A stretch of DNA of 64,000 nt from Laspinema olomoucense D3d (GCF_025370715.1 NZ_JAMXEY010000002.1); one strand, 5' to 3'; positions 19,844 to 31,147 are shown, counted from the stretch's first letter. Notes: a model not told the origin generated them from the sequence alone. Numbers and translations are program-made.

Positions 19844-21637
19844 TTACCCTTTAAGTTGACTCACCGAACTCCCTAACCAGCCTTTGAGATTATTCTGTTG
19901 AGTCGCGGTAGGATTCTGAATGGGGACGATATTGTAAGTGGTGGGACGGGGTTGGGCGAGAACCGTCTCAACGGTTCGTAATTGTTCTTGATGGAAAACC
20001 GTAATTTGGATTTTGGACCCGGTTTGATAGTCTTTCAGGCGATCGCCCAAATCTTCGGCAGTAACGCGCATTCCATCGATCGCCAGTAACTCATCATCGG
20101 CATCGATTCCCGCCCGTTGCGCGGGTGAACCCATTTCTACAAATTTAATCGCCGCTTTACCATTTTCTGTCTTAACTGTCAAGCCCAAAAACGGTGCTGC
20201 ATCATTATTTTCCACGGGTTGCACTTTTAACCCAAAGGGTTGCAGATACTCATCCAGAGGTAATTCGGCAGTCCCGTGGATGTAGTCGTTAAAGAAGTCC
20301 GTTAAATCTTCTTCGGCAACGGATTCAATAATCTCTTTGAGTTCCTCATCGGTAAAGCCAATTTCTTGGGGTCCAAACCGCTGCCACATTTGCTGCATCA
20401 CCTGATCCAGCGATCGCGCGTTGCCGGAGTTTGCCCGAATTCGCAAATCTAACAACAGGGAGACTAATTCTCCTTTCAAATAATAGGAAATTTGGGAATT
20501 ATCGCTATTGGCATCTCGGCGATACAGTTTAATCCAAGCATCCCAACTCGATTCACTCAGGGGTTGATAACGACGTCCCGGAAGGGTTTGTAAGCGGGTA
20601 ATATCTTTACTCAACCCTTGTAAGGCAATTTTTGCATCATAAATGCCCGCCCACAGAGGCAGCACGATATCATAATAACTGGTGGTTCCTTCACAAAACC
20701 ATAGAGAATTCGTGTAGGTTTCCCCTTCATAGTTAAACACTTCTAGGGGTTTGGGACGAATGCGCTTGACATTCCACAAGTGGAAGAACTCGTGGGCGAC
20801 TAATTGAATGAAGCGGTTGTATTTTTCGGGATTTCTAAATCCAAAGCGGGGATAGTTCAAAGAACAGCTATTTTTATGTTCCAATCCGCCATAGCCTTGG
20901 GAGGAGAGATGGAGAATAAATAAGTAGCGATCGTAAGGTAACCCTCCGAATAGCCGACTTTCAGTTTCAATGATTTTTTCAATATCAGAAATCAGCCGTT
21001 CAGCTTGGATATTTCCTTGGCCCCAAATAGCTAATTCATGGGGTTTATGTTCCACTTCAAAATAATAGGATTGGTGCGTACCAATTTCAAAGGGGCTATC
21101 CACCAACGTATCGAAATCCGGGGCGGTAAAAGTGTGGGGACGTCCCGATTTGGAAGGTAGTGAAGTGGTAACCCGCCATTCCGGTTTTGGGGGGATAATT
21201 TGAAGGGAAATCGGGCTTTTTTCAAAGCCGGGGATATAGAAGAAGAGGGCGGCCCCGTTAAAATAGCCATGAGTGCTATCTAAGTGATTAGTTCGGACCG
21301 AGAGTTCGTTGGCATAGATGCGATAGCGAACGATAATTTCAGAGAGTCCTGGGGTTTCGATTTGCCAGTGATTTTTGCTCACTTTACGCCAAGGTAGGGC
21401 GATTTCGTTGGCGTCTTCAGCAGAGAATTCCTGGAGATGTTTGGCATACTCCCGGACTAAATAGGAACCAGGAGTCCAAACGGGCATTTTCAAATCCAGG
21501 ACCGATGCTCGCCATCCCCGCACTTTTAACATCACGTCAAATAGATGAGATTCTGGCTCATACATCGCCACCTGATAGTAAACATCGGGAGCGATTCGAG
21601 GCAGAGTATTCGGTGGAATTTTTGTTGCTTCAGTCAT
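19844..21637 (-). CDS. M61-family glycyl aminopeptidase with a C-terminal PDZ domain
   Basis: Zinc motif HEFFHLWNVKR (HExxH). Length and order match M61. PDZ-like GLTVKTENGKAAIKFVEMGSPAQRAGIDADDELLAIDGMRV. Confidence 0.85.
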   Translation of the reverse strand: MTEATKIPPNTLPRIAPDVYYQVAMYEPESHLFDVMLKVRGWRASVLDLKMPVWTPGSYLVREYAKHLQEFSAEDANEIALPWRKVSKNHWQIETPGLSEIIVRYRIYANELSVRTNHLDSTHGYFNGAALFFYIPGFEKSPISLQIIPPKPEWRVTTSLPSKSGRPHTFTAPDFDTLVDSPFEIGTHQSYYFEVEHKPHELAIWGQGNIQAERLISDIEKIIETESRLFGGLPYDRYLFILHLSSQGYGGLEHKNSCSLNYPRFGFRNPEKYNRFIQLVAHEFFHLWNVKRIRPKPLEVFNYEGETYTNSLWFCEGTTSYYDIVLPLWAGIYDAKIALQGLSKDITRLQTLPGRRYQPLSESSWDAWIKLYRRDANSDNSQISYYLKGELVSLLLDLRIRANSGNARSLDQVMQQMWQRFGPQEIGFTDEELKEIIESVAEEDLTDFFNDYIHGTAELPLDEYLQPFGLKVQPVENNDAAPFLGLTVKTENGKAAIKFVEMGSPAQRAGIDADDELLAIDGMRVTAEDLGDRLKDYQTGSKIQITVFHQEQLRTVETVLAQPRPTTYNIVPIQNPTATQQNNLKGWLGSSVSQLKG

Positions 21638-21811
21638 GGGTATTTTTTGTTAGGTTATCGGCTAATCTAGACTCGGTTAGGGGCAGTATTTTAGACTGTC
21701 GATTCACCATGTTTGACTGTATGGTGGTGAGTGCTTCAGGCGCGATCGCCTTAATCCCCTTCCCTGCGGTTTAGAATGCCCCTAACCTTGGATATTGTCG
21801 CTGAAGATGGC

Positions 21812-22495
21812 TCAAACGTGGCCCGCTAAGTGAGTCAACTGTTTGAGATTGACCAAATAAAGAGATTCAGCAGCTTCATCAATTTTAATCCAGCCTTTGG
21901 CGTTCAATTTTTCCATGATTTTGCTGGCTTCTTCGACGCCAATATCGGTGACATCTGCTAAGTCTTTATAGGGAATATTGTAGATTTCTGTCCCTTTTTC
22001 GGTAGATTGTCCATAGTTTTCCGCCAGAGAAACTAAGGTATTGGCAAGTTTGACCGCTGGGGGACGGTTCCGCAGTTGAAAGCGTAGATTTGTTTGTCGG
22101 AGTCGTCGCACCATGAGTTGGAGCATCCGATGATGGAGTTGAGCGTCTTTAAACAGGGTTTGGATAAACCGCTGGGCAGAAACGCTCAGGAGTTGTACGG
22201 TTGAGAGGGCGATCACATCAGTGGAACGGGGTGATTCATCAAGAATTGCCATTTCCCCAAAGAAGTCACCTCGCCCGAGAATCGCCAGAGTTACTACATT
22301 GTCTCCATATAGGCGTCGGACTTTGACCCAACCCGTGACGATAAAGTAAACGGCATTGCCCCAGGCATCTTCCATTAAGACTGCTCTGCCTGAGGGATAT
22401 TCGTGCTCAACCGCAACGGACAAAAGCCATTCCAGGGTTTCTGGATTGGCGGCACTAAATAGCGGGAAAAGCTCACTAAAGGCTTCGGTCTGCAT
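21812..22495 (-). CDS. Crp/Fnr-family transcriptional regulator
   Basis: cNMP-binding fold GDFFGEMAIL...RSTDVIAL. C-terminal HTH IPYKDLADVTDIGVEEASKIMEKL. It is not NtcA: the recognition helix differs from what I recall for NtcA. Confidence 0.85.
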   Translation of the reverse strand: MQTEAFSELFPLFSAANPETLEWLLSVAVEHEYPSGRAVLMEDAWGNAVYFIVTGWVKVRRLYGDNVVTLAILGRGDFFGEMAILDESPRSTDVIALSTVQLLSVSAQRFIQTLFKDAQLHHRMLQLMVRRLRQTNLRFQLRNRPPAVKLANTLVSLAENYGQSTEKGTEIYNIPYKDLADVTDIGVEEASKIMEKLNAKGWIKIDEAAESLYLVNLKQLTHLAGHV

Positions 22496-23784
22496 GAAAG
22501 ATATTTAAGATAGGGAATGAGGATAAGTAATAGCGCAGAGTCGGGAATTTGAGATTGTTAAAACCGGCAACAGGAGACCTATTTTCCAGGGCTGACCCTT
22601 GAGGGCAAATCCTTTGAGGAATGCTGATTTGGGGTCGGCTTCTGAATTAAACACGCTTCTTTGTTGCTCCGGATTAACAATGACTACAAAAAAGACTCTC
22701 CGATGGGAGTGTCTGGCTCCTGGGAATGGATACTGTACCGATTGTACCTGCCATCAGACGATTTGGCAGCAATCCTGGGAAAGCCGGAAGGGCGATCGCC
22801 TCCGGTGTTTTCAAAAGGACTGAATCCTGTTGTTGCCCTATTTGTCCGGTTTATTTGGACTCGGGATTAGAACCCCTAGAGAACTCAGGGACAGGCCAAC
22901 TCAAGCGGGTTGTGGTTATTCTATAGACCTAGGATTATATTTTCTCATGTTTGGGGTGGCTTTGCCGGATTGAAACAGATTTGCGATCGCCCGGAAAGCC
23001 AGAGTCTAGGATCCACTGCTGACTAGGCTCGGGGCCGGAGTCATTTGGCTTAGAGGGCCCAAGAGTAGCCGCCTCCCCAGGAATTTTCCACCCCTTCAGG
23101 CCCCTCTCGCGGTGCGGGTTCCCTTTTATCCTCCCTGAGTTTTCCTAAAACCCATCCCCCTCAAAGGTGGAGCTTTTGCGGATGAACCCCCGGACCCAGG
23201 CAAAAGAGAAACCAGGCTTTATTTTGGTTTAAAGAGCCATTACACCGAAATCATTCACCCTGCTGTTTACTCTGAGTTGACCCCTTCCAACAATCTCTCA
23301 GACAGGTTAATTCAAAGGTTATCTACACCTTAATCTCAATTAAGATTCTGTAACCTTTTCATCAGGCTTAGGATACTCTAATTTTCAATTAATCTCCTCC
23401 CTCTGTAGATGTAATTCTGTTGCGCAATTCCTCTTTTTTAGAGCATCAAACCGAAAGAGAAGGGGAATTCCCTTCCTCGCCCGTATCTGGGGATACCGAT
23501 GGGATGCCTAAGCCTTGAGTCGAAACTAACTTCATGGGCTTAATTAGATAATGGTGAGTTAACGGCAAAAGATTTGGATTGGAGTAGAGCAAGTAGACAA
23601 TTTATGAATCAGGTTCATCCCTGGGGTAGAAACTGAAGGATAGCTCAGTCGCTAACCTGGTTATTTAGGTGAGGAGGATTGACCTAAAAACTTAACCTGC
23701 GGGTTATTTTTTCATTGAATCATAAGGTCCAATCAAAAATTGCCCTCCTCCTAAAGAAGTAGAATTTTATCCCAAGGAAATCAA

Positions 23785-24765
23785 ATGTTTTATCACGTCA
23801 AAGAATTACAATTTAATGCCCGTGTGTCCAAGCCCGATCCCCGCTTTGCAACCTTACTGCTAGAACAGTTTGGCGGTCCTAACGGAGAACTGAAGGCAGC
23901 CATGCAGTATTTTGTCCAGGCGTTTGGAGCGCGGCAAGCCTACCCGGAAAAATACGACCTGTTGATGGATGTGGCCACGGAAGAATTTAGCCATTTGGAA
24001 ATCGTTGGTGCATTGATTACCATGTTGTTAGATGGCATCAATGGGGATCTCAAGAACGCCGCAGAAAACAGCGAGATTATGCAGTTTCTGAGTGGAAAAA
24101 AAGCGGGCCAGGAAGAACTCATCCATCAAATTGCTATGACGGGACCGCAACTATTAGCAGTATCTGGGGGTGGTCCAACGGTCACGAATAGCCAAGGTGT
24201 GCCTTGGTCAGGGACTTATGTGAATGCGAATGGAGATTTGACCGTTGATTTGCGATCGGATCTGGCTGCCGAGTCTCGGGCGAAAATTGTCTATGAATAT
24301 TTGCTGCAATTTACCGATGATCCGGATGTAAAAGACACTCTGCGCTTCTTAATGACGCGGGAAGTTTCTCACTACAAAATGTTTGCCGCTGCCCTGGAAA
24401 CTATCGAACCGAATTTCCCCCCGGGAGTGCTACAAGCTGACCCGCGCTACAGTCATTTGTACTTTAATATGTCCAATGGCACCAGCGCTCGCGGACCTTG
24501 GAATGAAGGTCAAGGGACTTGGCCTGCGGGAGAAAATTGGGTGTATGTAGAGGATCCTCTCGATTATGTCATCAAGACGGAAGGGATGACCCGCAATCAG
24601 ACGAGTGAAGGGACGAAGCTGACGGAAGAACAGGTCTTCAAAAAGGAACAAGAGCTGAGCATGAAGCGTTCTGCGGAGGTGAAATCGGCTACTCCTCCAG
24701 GGCCGAATCAGTGGTCTTCCTACCCGCAAACTGAGCTGAGTAGTCCGAAATCGCCGATGAAATAA
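23785..24765 (+). CDS. Manganese-containing (non-heme) catalase
   Basis: N-terminal MFYHVKELQF...ELKAAMQYFVQAF...EEFSHLEIVGALI matches the di-Mn ferritin-like catalase family. Second ligand block TREVSHYKMF. Confidence 0.85.
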   Translation: MFYHVKELQFNARVSKPDPRFATLLLEQFGGPNGELKAAMQYFVQAFGARQAYPEKYDLLMDVATEEFSHLEIVGALITMLLDGINGDLKNAAENSEIMQFLSGKKAGQEELIHQIAMTGPQLLAVSGGGPTVTNSQGVPWSGTYVNANGDLTVDLRSDLAAESRAKIVYEYLLQFTDDPDVKDTLRFLMTREVSHYKMFAAALETIEPNFPPGVLQADPRYSHLYFNMSNGTSARGPWNEGQGTWPAGENWVYVEDPLDYVIKTEGMTRNQTSEGTKLTEEQVFKKEQELSMKRSAEVKSATPPGPNQWSSYPQTELSSPKSPMK

Positions 24766-25156
24766 GAAAATCCCAACCCTCAAGGACTCTGTTGGCGAAT
24801 CAAGTAAAGAGACCTCTCCCCAAACCCCTCCCCTCTTAGGGAAGGGGTTGGGGGGGTTAGGTCTCCCTTTAGCCAACAGAATCCTCAAGGGTCGGGTTCT
24901 ACAGACGAAGCCAGAAAAGCGCGGGTTTATTCACAGGGGGGAGTGGGGATTTAAGGCGATCGCAGCCATCGCCGTTGAATCTGATCCCACCCTGAAGGCT
25001 TAACCCCAAGCGAGATGAAATTCCCCTTTCCCCTGAAGAAAGGGGAATTGTCATGGTGTCAGGTTCAAGACAATCTGGGCTAACCTGGCGATCGCCTGTT
25101 TCAGAAATGATTAAAATCCCGATCGCCACCCCTATTTATAATAAAGGTCATTAATC

Positions 25157-26065
25157 ATGCAAACTTATCCCCCGATCGCCTCCTTGGAGAAATCACCGGA
25201 CCCCCAAACCCTGGGCCAAAACTCGCCTCCTGGGGCACCTCTTGAAATCATCTACTATACCGACCCCCTCTGTTCCTGGAGTTGGGCGGTAGAACCCCAG
25301 TGGCGACGCTTGCGCTACGAGTTTGGCGATCGCCTGGTCTATCGCTATTCAATGGGGGGACTCCTTCGGGATTGGGAGCAGTTTAGCGACCCTCTCAACG
25401 ATATTTCCCGACCCGTGCAGATGGGTCCAGTTTGGATTCAGGTGCGACATCTCACGGGAATGCCCATTAACGAAGGAATCTGGGTGAAAAACCCTCCTAC
25501 CTCTTCTTATCCCGCCTGTATTGCCGTGAAAGCTGCCTCACAACAAGGCCCCGATATTGGAGAGTCCTATTTGCGGCGACTGCGCGAGGCGGTGATGTTG
25601 GAGGGCCGCAATATTGCCCAAAGGGAGGTTCTGCTGGAACTGGGGGCGGAATTGAACCCGGAACTCGGCTTTGATGGCGATCGCTTTGAGAGGGATTTGG
25701 ACCATCCCGATTCTATGGAGGCATTCCGCCAGGATCTCAAAGAAATGCGCTATTGCGGGATCGCGCGGTTTCCCAGCATCATGCTGCGCCCGAACTCGGG
25801 GCGATCGCTGCTGATGATGGGATATCGGCCCTATTCGGTTCTAAGAGAGGCCATCACCCACATTGCGCCGGATCTCGAACCTCAGCGCTCAATCACCGAT
25901 GCGATCGCATATCTCACCCACTGGGAAACCATCACAGTGCCCGAGGTTGCCGTTGCTCTGAATCTCAATATAGAAGCAACAACCATCCTGCTGGATGAAG
26001 CAGTCAACCGGGGACACGTGGAAAAAGCCGGGTTCCTGTATCGCAAAACCGGGGGAGGGACTTAA
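25157..26065 (+). CDS. DsbA-like thioredoxin-fold protein with a CxxS active-site variant and a ~65-aa winged-helix-like C-terminal extension
   Basis: IIYYTDPLCSWSWAVEP at the DsbA-like N-terminus has CSWS instead of CxxC. Tail ITDAIAYLTHWETITVPEVAVALNLNIEATTILLDEAVNRGHVEK resembles a wHTH. Confidence 0.65.
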   Translation: MQTYPPIASLEKSPDPQTLGQNSPPGAPLEIIYYTDPLCSWSWAVEPQWRRLRYEFGDRLVYRYSMGGLLRDWEQFSDPLNDISRPVQMGPVWIQVRHLTGMPINEGIWVKNPPTSSYPACIAVKAASQQGPDIGESYLRRLREAVMLEGRNIAQREVLLELGAELNPELGFDGDRFERDLDHPDSMEAFRQDLKEMRYCGIARFPSIMLRPNSGRSLLMMGYRPYSVLREAITHIAPDLEPQRSITDAIAYLTHWETITVPEVAVALNLNIEATTILLDEAVNRGHVEKAGFLYRKTGGGT

Positions 26066-27627
26066 ATTACAAACGCTTCCCCCTGGCGATCGTGCCATTT
26101 ATGGTGAGTTCGTTCGGAAATCAGGGGTTGTATCCGCAACTTGGGGGGAGACCCATCGAGGACATCAACGCGCAAAAAGGAGTAGGGGCGCTGCTTATCA
26201 AAACCCCGACCTTTGCGCCCGACAAACAATTTCGAGCGGGCCACCAGGCGCTCCTCCTCACTTTCAGGAAATATCTCCTTTAAGTCCGGACCCTCTTCTC
26301 GCTGACGGCGCAAACTATATCCGCTACCGCCACAGACAATCCAATGGATATGGGAGTCCGCGTGTCCGGTATCTCCGGTTTGTAAATACTCCAGACAGTG
26401 GGCGTGACCCGTGAGAACCAGGTCCAAAAGGGGCCGCCCTTGGGTTTGGTCGCCCACCTCCTGCGCCACCTGATCTAAAACCCACCGGAGTTGACGGCGA
26501 ATGGCAAGGGTCTGACCTTGATCCCACTTCGTTGCCTCAGTCACATAGGGGGGATGGTGGAAATATACGATTCGTCCCCGGACTTCCGGGGTATTCCAAG
26601 AGTGAATCAGTCGTTGTTTGAACCAATCCAGTTGTTCAATATCGGTTACGGTGTTTTCATCGGATTGCAGTTGTTTCTCAATATCCAGTTGCATTTCTTC
26701 GAGCTGCTCTAACTTAGTTTCAAGCTCATCGAGTTGCTCGGCATGATGGGGATTATCGGGGTTGAATTCTTTGGATCTCTCGGTGAGTTCGACCTCCTGA
26801 CGTTCCAACTCATCCCGACGCTTTTCCAGCCAGCGCCGGTATTGGTGTCCTTCTTTGGTGTCGGGAAGGGGGGGTGGTTCATTAAAGGTATTAGAGTCTA
26901 GGGCAAAAAAGTCGATGCCACCATAGCGAAAGGTATAATAGCGATTCGGTAATCGGGTAAACTTTCGGGGTTGATAGCGTAAACAGCGTCCGGTGTCCGT
27001 CTGGGCAGTGTAATAGCGATCGAAATGAGCGCCGAGTTGGAACTCGGGAATGTCCTTGAGGTAGTCGAGAAAGGCTCGGGCGTATGCTTTCCCTTGCTCA
27101 GAACCATGCCATCCCACATCGAGATTGAAGTGACCCCGTAAGAGATGGCGCAAGGGTTGGGCAGCTTGGGCGAGTGCCCCGTACAACAGGTGGATGTCAT
27201 AGTAATCGTGGTTACCCGGGACGGGGAGAATCGGCAGTTTGAACACCATTTTGTTGTAGGGAATGCGATGGGGATGTTCTCCACCCATGATAAATTCCCG
27301 ATAGGGTTCGATGAAGTTTTGGGTGTAATATTCGCTAGAACCTACCAGATAAATGACATCGCCGGTATGCAGAATAAATCGGCAATTGTCCTGGTGTTGG
27401 AGCATTTGTTTGGCGAGTTGGCGTTGCGGGTTGTTTTTGATGTGGCGTCCGGATCCGCTATCCCCAATGACCAAAAAGGAAAACTCGCGATCGCCTGATT
27501 TCCCATCATCCAGCTCAAACCGGGTGCGATCGATCCCTTTAGACCGTAGCAGGGGATGTTGCGATCGTAATCGGGTTTTCATTTTCTCGATTTTAACCGC
27601 ACTCGGTGGATCCGATACGAATTTCAT
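26062..27627 (-). CDS. Calcineurin-like metallophosphoesterase with an inserted coiled-coil segment
   Basis: Motifs FLVIGDSGSG, HTGDVIYL, VPGNHDY, YFHHPPY and LTGHAHCLE. A heptad-rich insert ELERQEVELTERSKEF...LDELETKLEQLEEMQLDIEKQLQ lies between motifs. Confidence 0.8.
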   Translation of the reverse strand: MKFVSDPPSAVKIEKMKTRLRSQHPLLRSKGIDRTRFELDDGKSGDREFSFLVIGDSGSGRHIKNNPQRQLAKQMLQHQDNCRFILHTGDVIYLVGSSEYYTQNFIEPYREFIMGGEHPHRIPYNKMVFKLPILPVPGNHDYYDIHLLYGALAQAAQPLRHLLRGHFNLDVGWHGSEQGKAYARAFLDYLKDIPEFQLGAHFDRYYTAQTDTGRCLRYQPRKFTRLPNRYYTFRYGGIDFFALDSNTFNEPPPLPDTKEGHQYRRWLEKRRDELERQEVELTERSKEFNPDNPHHAEQLDELETKLEQLEEMQLDIEKQLQSDENTVTDIEQLDWFKQRLIHSWNTPEVRGRIVYFHHPPYVTEATKWDQGQTLAIRRQLRWVLDQVAQEVGDQTQGRPLLDLVLTGHAHCLEYLQTGDTGHADSHIHWIVCGGSGYSLRRQREEGPDLKEIFPESEEERLVARSKLFVGRKGRGFDKQRPYSFLRVDVLDGSPPKLRIQPLISERTHHKWHDRQGEAFVI

Positions 27628-29751
27628 AACTCCTTATTCCTGTGTATTTATATTTTTCTGCAGTTTCGATCGTAGTCCCAGGAACCCCCAAAGCACCTCT
27701 ACCAAAATATAGAAGCAGGCATCCTCTGACCTCCGTTCCTCCTTTCCCCAAGCAACCCCGAATCCCCCTTAACGAGGGCATAAATCTGGCTCACAATGAG
27801 CCGTGTTAGTAACCTAGACCCGGGAGCAAGATAGGATGCAAGTCAGTACACCCCTCAAACTGACTCCCTCCGCCTTGGGGGGCCATCGGTCCTGACCGAG
27901 AGCCCGTACCCTTTTCTATTTCTTGAGAGGCTTGACAGGACTTGAAAGTCCGGGATACCCGTATGACAAAGTTATTTTAACCCAAAATGAGCAAGCAAAT
28001 ATCCGAGTGTTCTCTTCCTTTTTTCGGCAAATGTTTGTGCAGATTTGTTACTCACTAATTTTTGGGCCACTGGTTCCAATCTCTTAATTACCCGAGAAGC
28101 GATCGCCTCCCTGGGAGAGTCGGACTCTACTTTTACCCACTGATCAGACTACGCCCATTATCTGTCTTTCAATTGTTCCCTTGCTCCTCTTCCGGGCCTA
28201 TCTCTTCCCCAGTAGATGATATCGAACAGGAACTCTTAAAGATGTTTGATCCATATTTTACCACGATTTCTCCCGGGAAATATTATCGCCTCCAGCCTCA
28301 AAGTTTAGCATCGGGGTATCAATCGACCTCTTGCAAAATTCTTTAAAGCCTCCCTTAATAAGGGGGGGAAAGGGAGATCAATCCTTTTTTTTGCAAGAGG
28401 TGTATTATGCTTACAAAGGCTTGTAATATGTAGGCGATCGCACCGATGTCAATAAAACAATCCAGAAATTAATAACCAAAGCAATTCCCCTGCATCCCCG
28501 GCTTTTTTCAATGACTATAGGCGATCGCTCCTCCGATGCTTGGTTCCCATTTCCCCGCCTCCCCAACCGTCAACTTGATCCTAAATTCCGGACCCGACCC
28601 ATCAACAGCCTATCCTAACCCGATATAGGGAGGGTGGCCTACCATTTGTACCCACATTTTTAGCCTTTCAACCTGTGTAGAACTAATACAGGGCTGGTCG
28701 GTATATCTGCTTTTTGTATCAAAATGATATACTCTAGGAGGAAAATCAGACCGCTCATCAACCGGGATAGCGTTCCAGTGGCTCCCACATCTCCTGGGAT
28801 GGAAAATTGATGTAGGTTTTTTCATAAGGGTGAGAGCTGAAACCCTTGGGGGTAAAGGTTTTCACCCAATATAACTGCTCTGAGAAGCAAAGCGTGTTTT
28901 ACCCCCTTTACTTTTTCTTTACTTGCTGTTAAAGTTATCGCAGATTCTTATAAAAGCTAACGCCCCATATCGGGGAAGCAGCAGGGATTAAGCACAATTT
29001 TAAAGGGCAGTGCTTGACCCAGAAGAGTGAAGGGATAAAGGGCCTAACTCCGGTGATCGTAAAATAGATAAGGGAAGAGTAACTCCCAGGTAGGTTGCCT
29101 ACCACAGGGTTTCCGAGCAAGGGCCTTGGCCTGGGGCGGATGGCCTAGAAAGTGAGTTTGGCAAAAATGCTTGAGTTTCAACAACTTTAGGGCGTACAGT
29201 TTCTGAATGTCAGATTGATATTGGAGCTGTCCTAGGGTAGGGAAAGAATTCAGGTTTACACTTTAAGTGTCGGAATTCATCCAGAGATGTCAAGACGAGC
29301 AAACTTTATCAAAAATTTAAGAACTGTTGATAAAGTTTCCTTGGTAAGTCGGATAGGGTTGTAAAGTACGTGACAAATATGGGGCGAGTTATCTTTAGGT
29401 GTTATTACAGTGAATGCTGTTGAATCCAAAAATGACGCTCCTTGTGTTCTCAGAAAAGACAACGGCGATTAGTGTTCATCAAGCTTAATAGTTGAACAAA
29501 TTTTTTTCCTCGCGTAGGGACCGAGGAGAGAGGGGGAAATAAGGGCTTTCTCCTGTTAAAGGGAATCTGTCATAAACACTTAGGGTGGTACATCCTGATG
29601 CGATGATTCTCCAGAATTTTCTGGGAATGCCTCAAGGGATTGACCATTTAGGGATGATGCTTGTCAACCCCTAGATTGATCTAGGGAAACAGTGAACCGA
29701 GATCTTCAGGTAACTGAGGGTAATCATCCTATGAGTTACAGCATTCCAAAA

Positions 29752-29757
29752 AGGAGG
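29752..29757 (+). promoter_or_regulatory. Shine-Dalgarno AGGAGG for the first glycosyltransferase of the polysaccharide island
   Basis: AGGAGG sits 16 nt upstream of ATG 29774. Confidence 0.5.
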
Positions 29758-29773
29758 GAGTTTCGACTAAGGC

Positions 29774-31000
29774 ATGAGCAAGCCAGTTCTGACAATTTTT
29801 TATCAATTTAATCCGTGGGATAGCAGTATTGGTGGTATTCAGACGGTTATTCGTTCTTTTATTAAATATGCTCCCGATGAATTTGTGGTAAGGGTAGTAG
29901 GGACCGGAGCGCCGGGATCTGCCTTGGGGGTATGGAAATGGACGGAATATGCCGGAAAAGCGATTCAATTCATGCCGGTGATTGCAGTAGGCGAGGATAA
30001 TGTCCGGAAGTTGATTCCGACGACTATTGCCTACGGAGCCTCCTTAATGCGGCATAATTTTGCCTCAGATTTTATGCACTTTCATAGAATAGAACCCACT
30101 TTAGCCAGTCTAAATTGGGCGGGAGATAAAACCCTTTTTATTCACAACGATATTCGCAAGCAAATGGATCGCAACTTGGGGGGGAAAGCGATTCTATGGC
30201 AACAGTTTCCGAAAGTATATTTTGCGTTAGAAAAGTTACTGATTAGCCAATTCGAGCAGGTGTATTCCTGTAATAGCGAGTCCGCGCAGCATTATCGGGA
30301 AGCCTATCCGGAATTAGCGCCAAGGGTGGCTTTCTTAAAAAATGGATTTGATCCCGAGAGTTTCTATCCCGATAAGCGGGAAGAACGGGAAATCAAACGC
30401 CGGGAACTGGCTCAAGAGCTGGGGTTACCCGAAACGGTGCGATTCCTATTATTTGCGGGACGATTGCATCCGCAAAAAGACCCGGTATTAGGGATTCAGG
30501 CGATCGCCGCCTTAGCGGATCCCCAGGTCCATTTGCTAATTGCTGGAGCCGGAGAGTTAGAGGAACAGGTACGACGTGAGATCCAAGCGTTGAACTTGGG
30601 CGATCGCGTCACCCTCTTGGGTGCTGTCAACTCGGACCGATTGGCTCAACTGTATCGCGCAGCCAGTGCCTTTTTGCTCAGTAGTGTTTATGAAGGCTTA
30701 CCCGTCACCGTTCTCGAAGCTCTTGCCTGCGGCACTCCTGTGGTGACAACAGACTGTGGTGAAACTCCTAAACTGCTCTCACCCGATAGTGGGGTAGTCT
30801 GCAAAGAAAGAACAGCAGAGGCGATCGCCGATGCCTTGCGGCGAGTCCTGGCGAATCCGGACCTGTATTCTTCAGAAGCTTGTGTACGAACCGTTCAACC
30901 CTATAGCGCACCCAGTATAGTCCAGGAAGTCTATCGCCAAATGCTGCACCGTTGGCAGTACCGCAAGGCGATCGCCATCTCTTCCCCCTACCCCAGTTGA
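29774..31000 (+). CDS. Family-1 (GT4-type) glycosyltransferase
   Basis: C-terminal GT-B motifs FLLFAGRLHPQKDP and EGLPVTVLEALACGTPVVTTD (E-x7-E). Confidence 0.85.
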   Translation: MSKPVLTIFYQFNPWDSSIGGIQTVIRSFIKYAPDEFVVRVVGTGAPGSALGVWKWTEYAGKAIQFMPVIAVGEDNVRKLIPTTIAYGASLMRHNFASDFMHFHRIEPTLASLNWAGDKTLFIHNDIRKQMDRNLGGKAILWQQFPKVYFALEKLLISQFEQVYSCNSESAQHYREAYPELAPRVAFLKNGFDPESFYPDKREEREIKRRELAQELGLPETVRFLLFAGRLHPQKDPVLGIQAIAALADPQVHLLIAGAGELEEQVRREIQALNLGDRVTLLGAVNSDRLAQLYRAASAFLLSSVYEGLPVTVLEALACGTPVVTTDCGETPKLLSPDSGVVCKERTAEAIADALRRVLANPDLYSSEACVRTVQPYSAPSIVQEVYRQMLHRWQYRKAIAISSPYPS

Positions 31001-31147
31001 TATCAAAACCAACTCCCAAACGGCAATTGTCAGCGTAATTCTAAGGGATTAGCACTGCATTTTATTTCAGTGCTAAAGCTCGGTGCAATTTACGCAAAAT
31101 TTTTCAGCCTCCAACTCACTTCATTTACTCCTCAACGATTGAAACCC

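Noticed and set aside
23630-23700. A tRNA-like D-arm string (GGATAGCTCAGTCG) upstream of the Mn-catalase gene
   Set aside because: No matching acceptor stem, anticodon arm or GGTTCGANTCC T-arm can be built around it. It is likely a chance resemblance.
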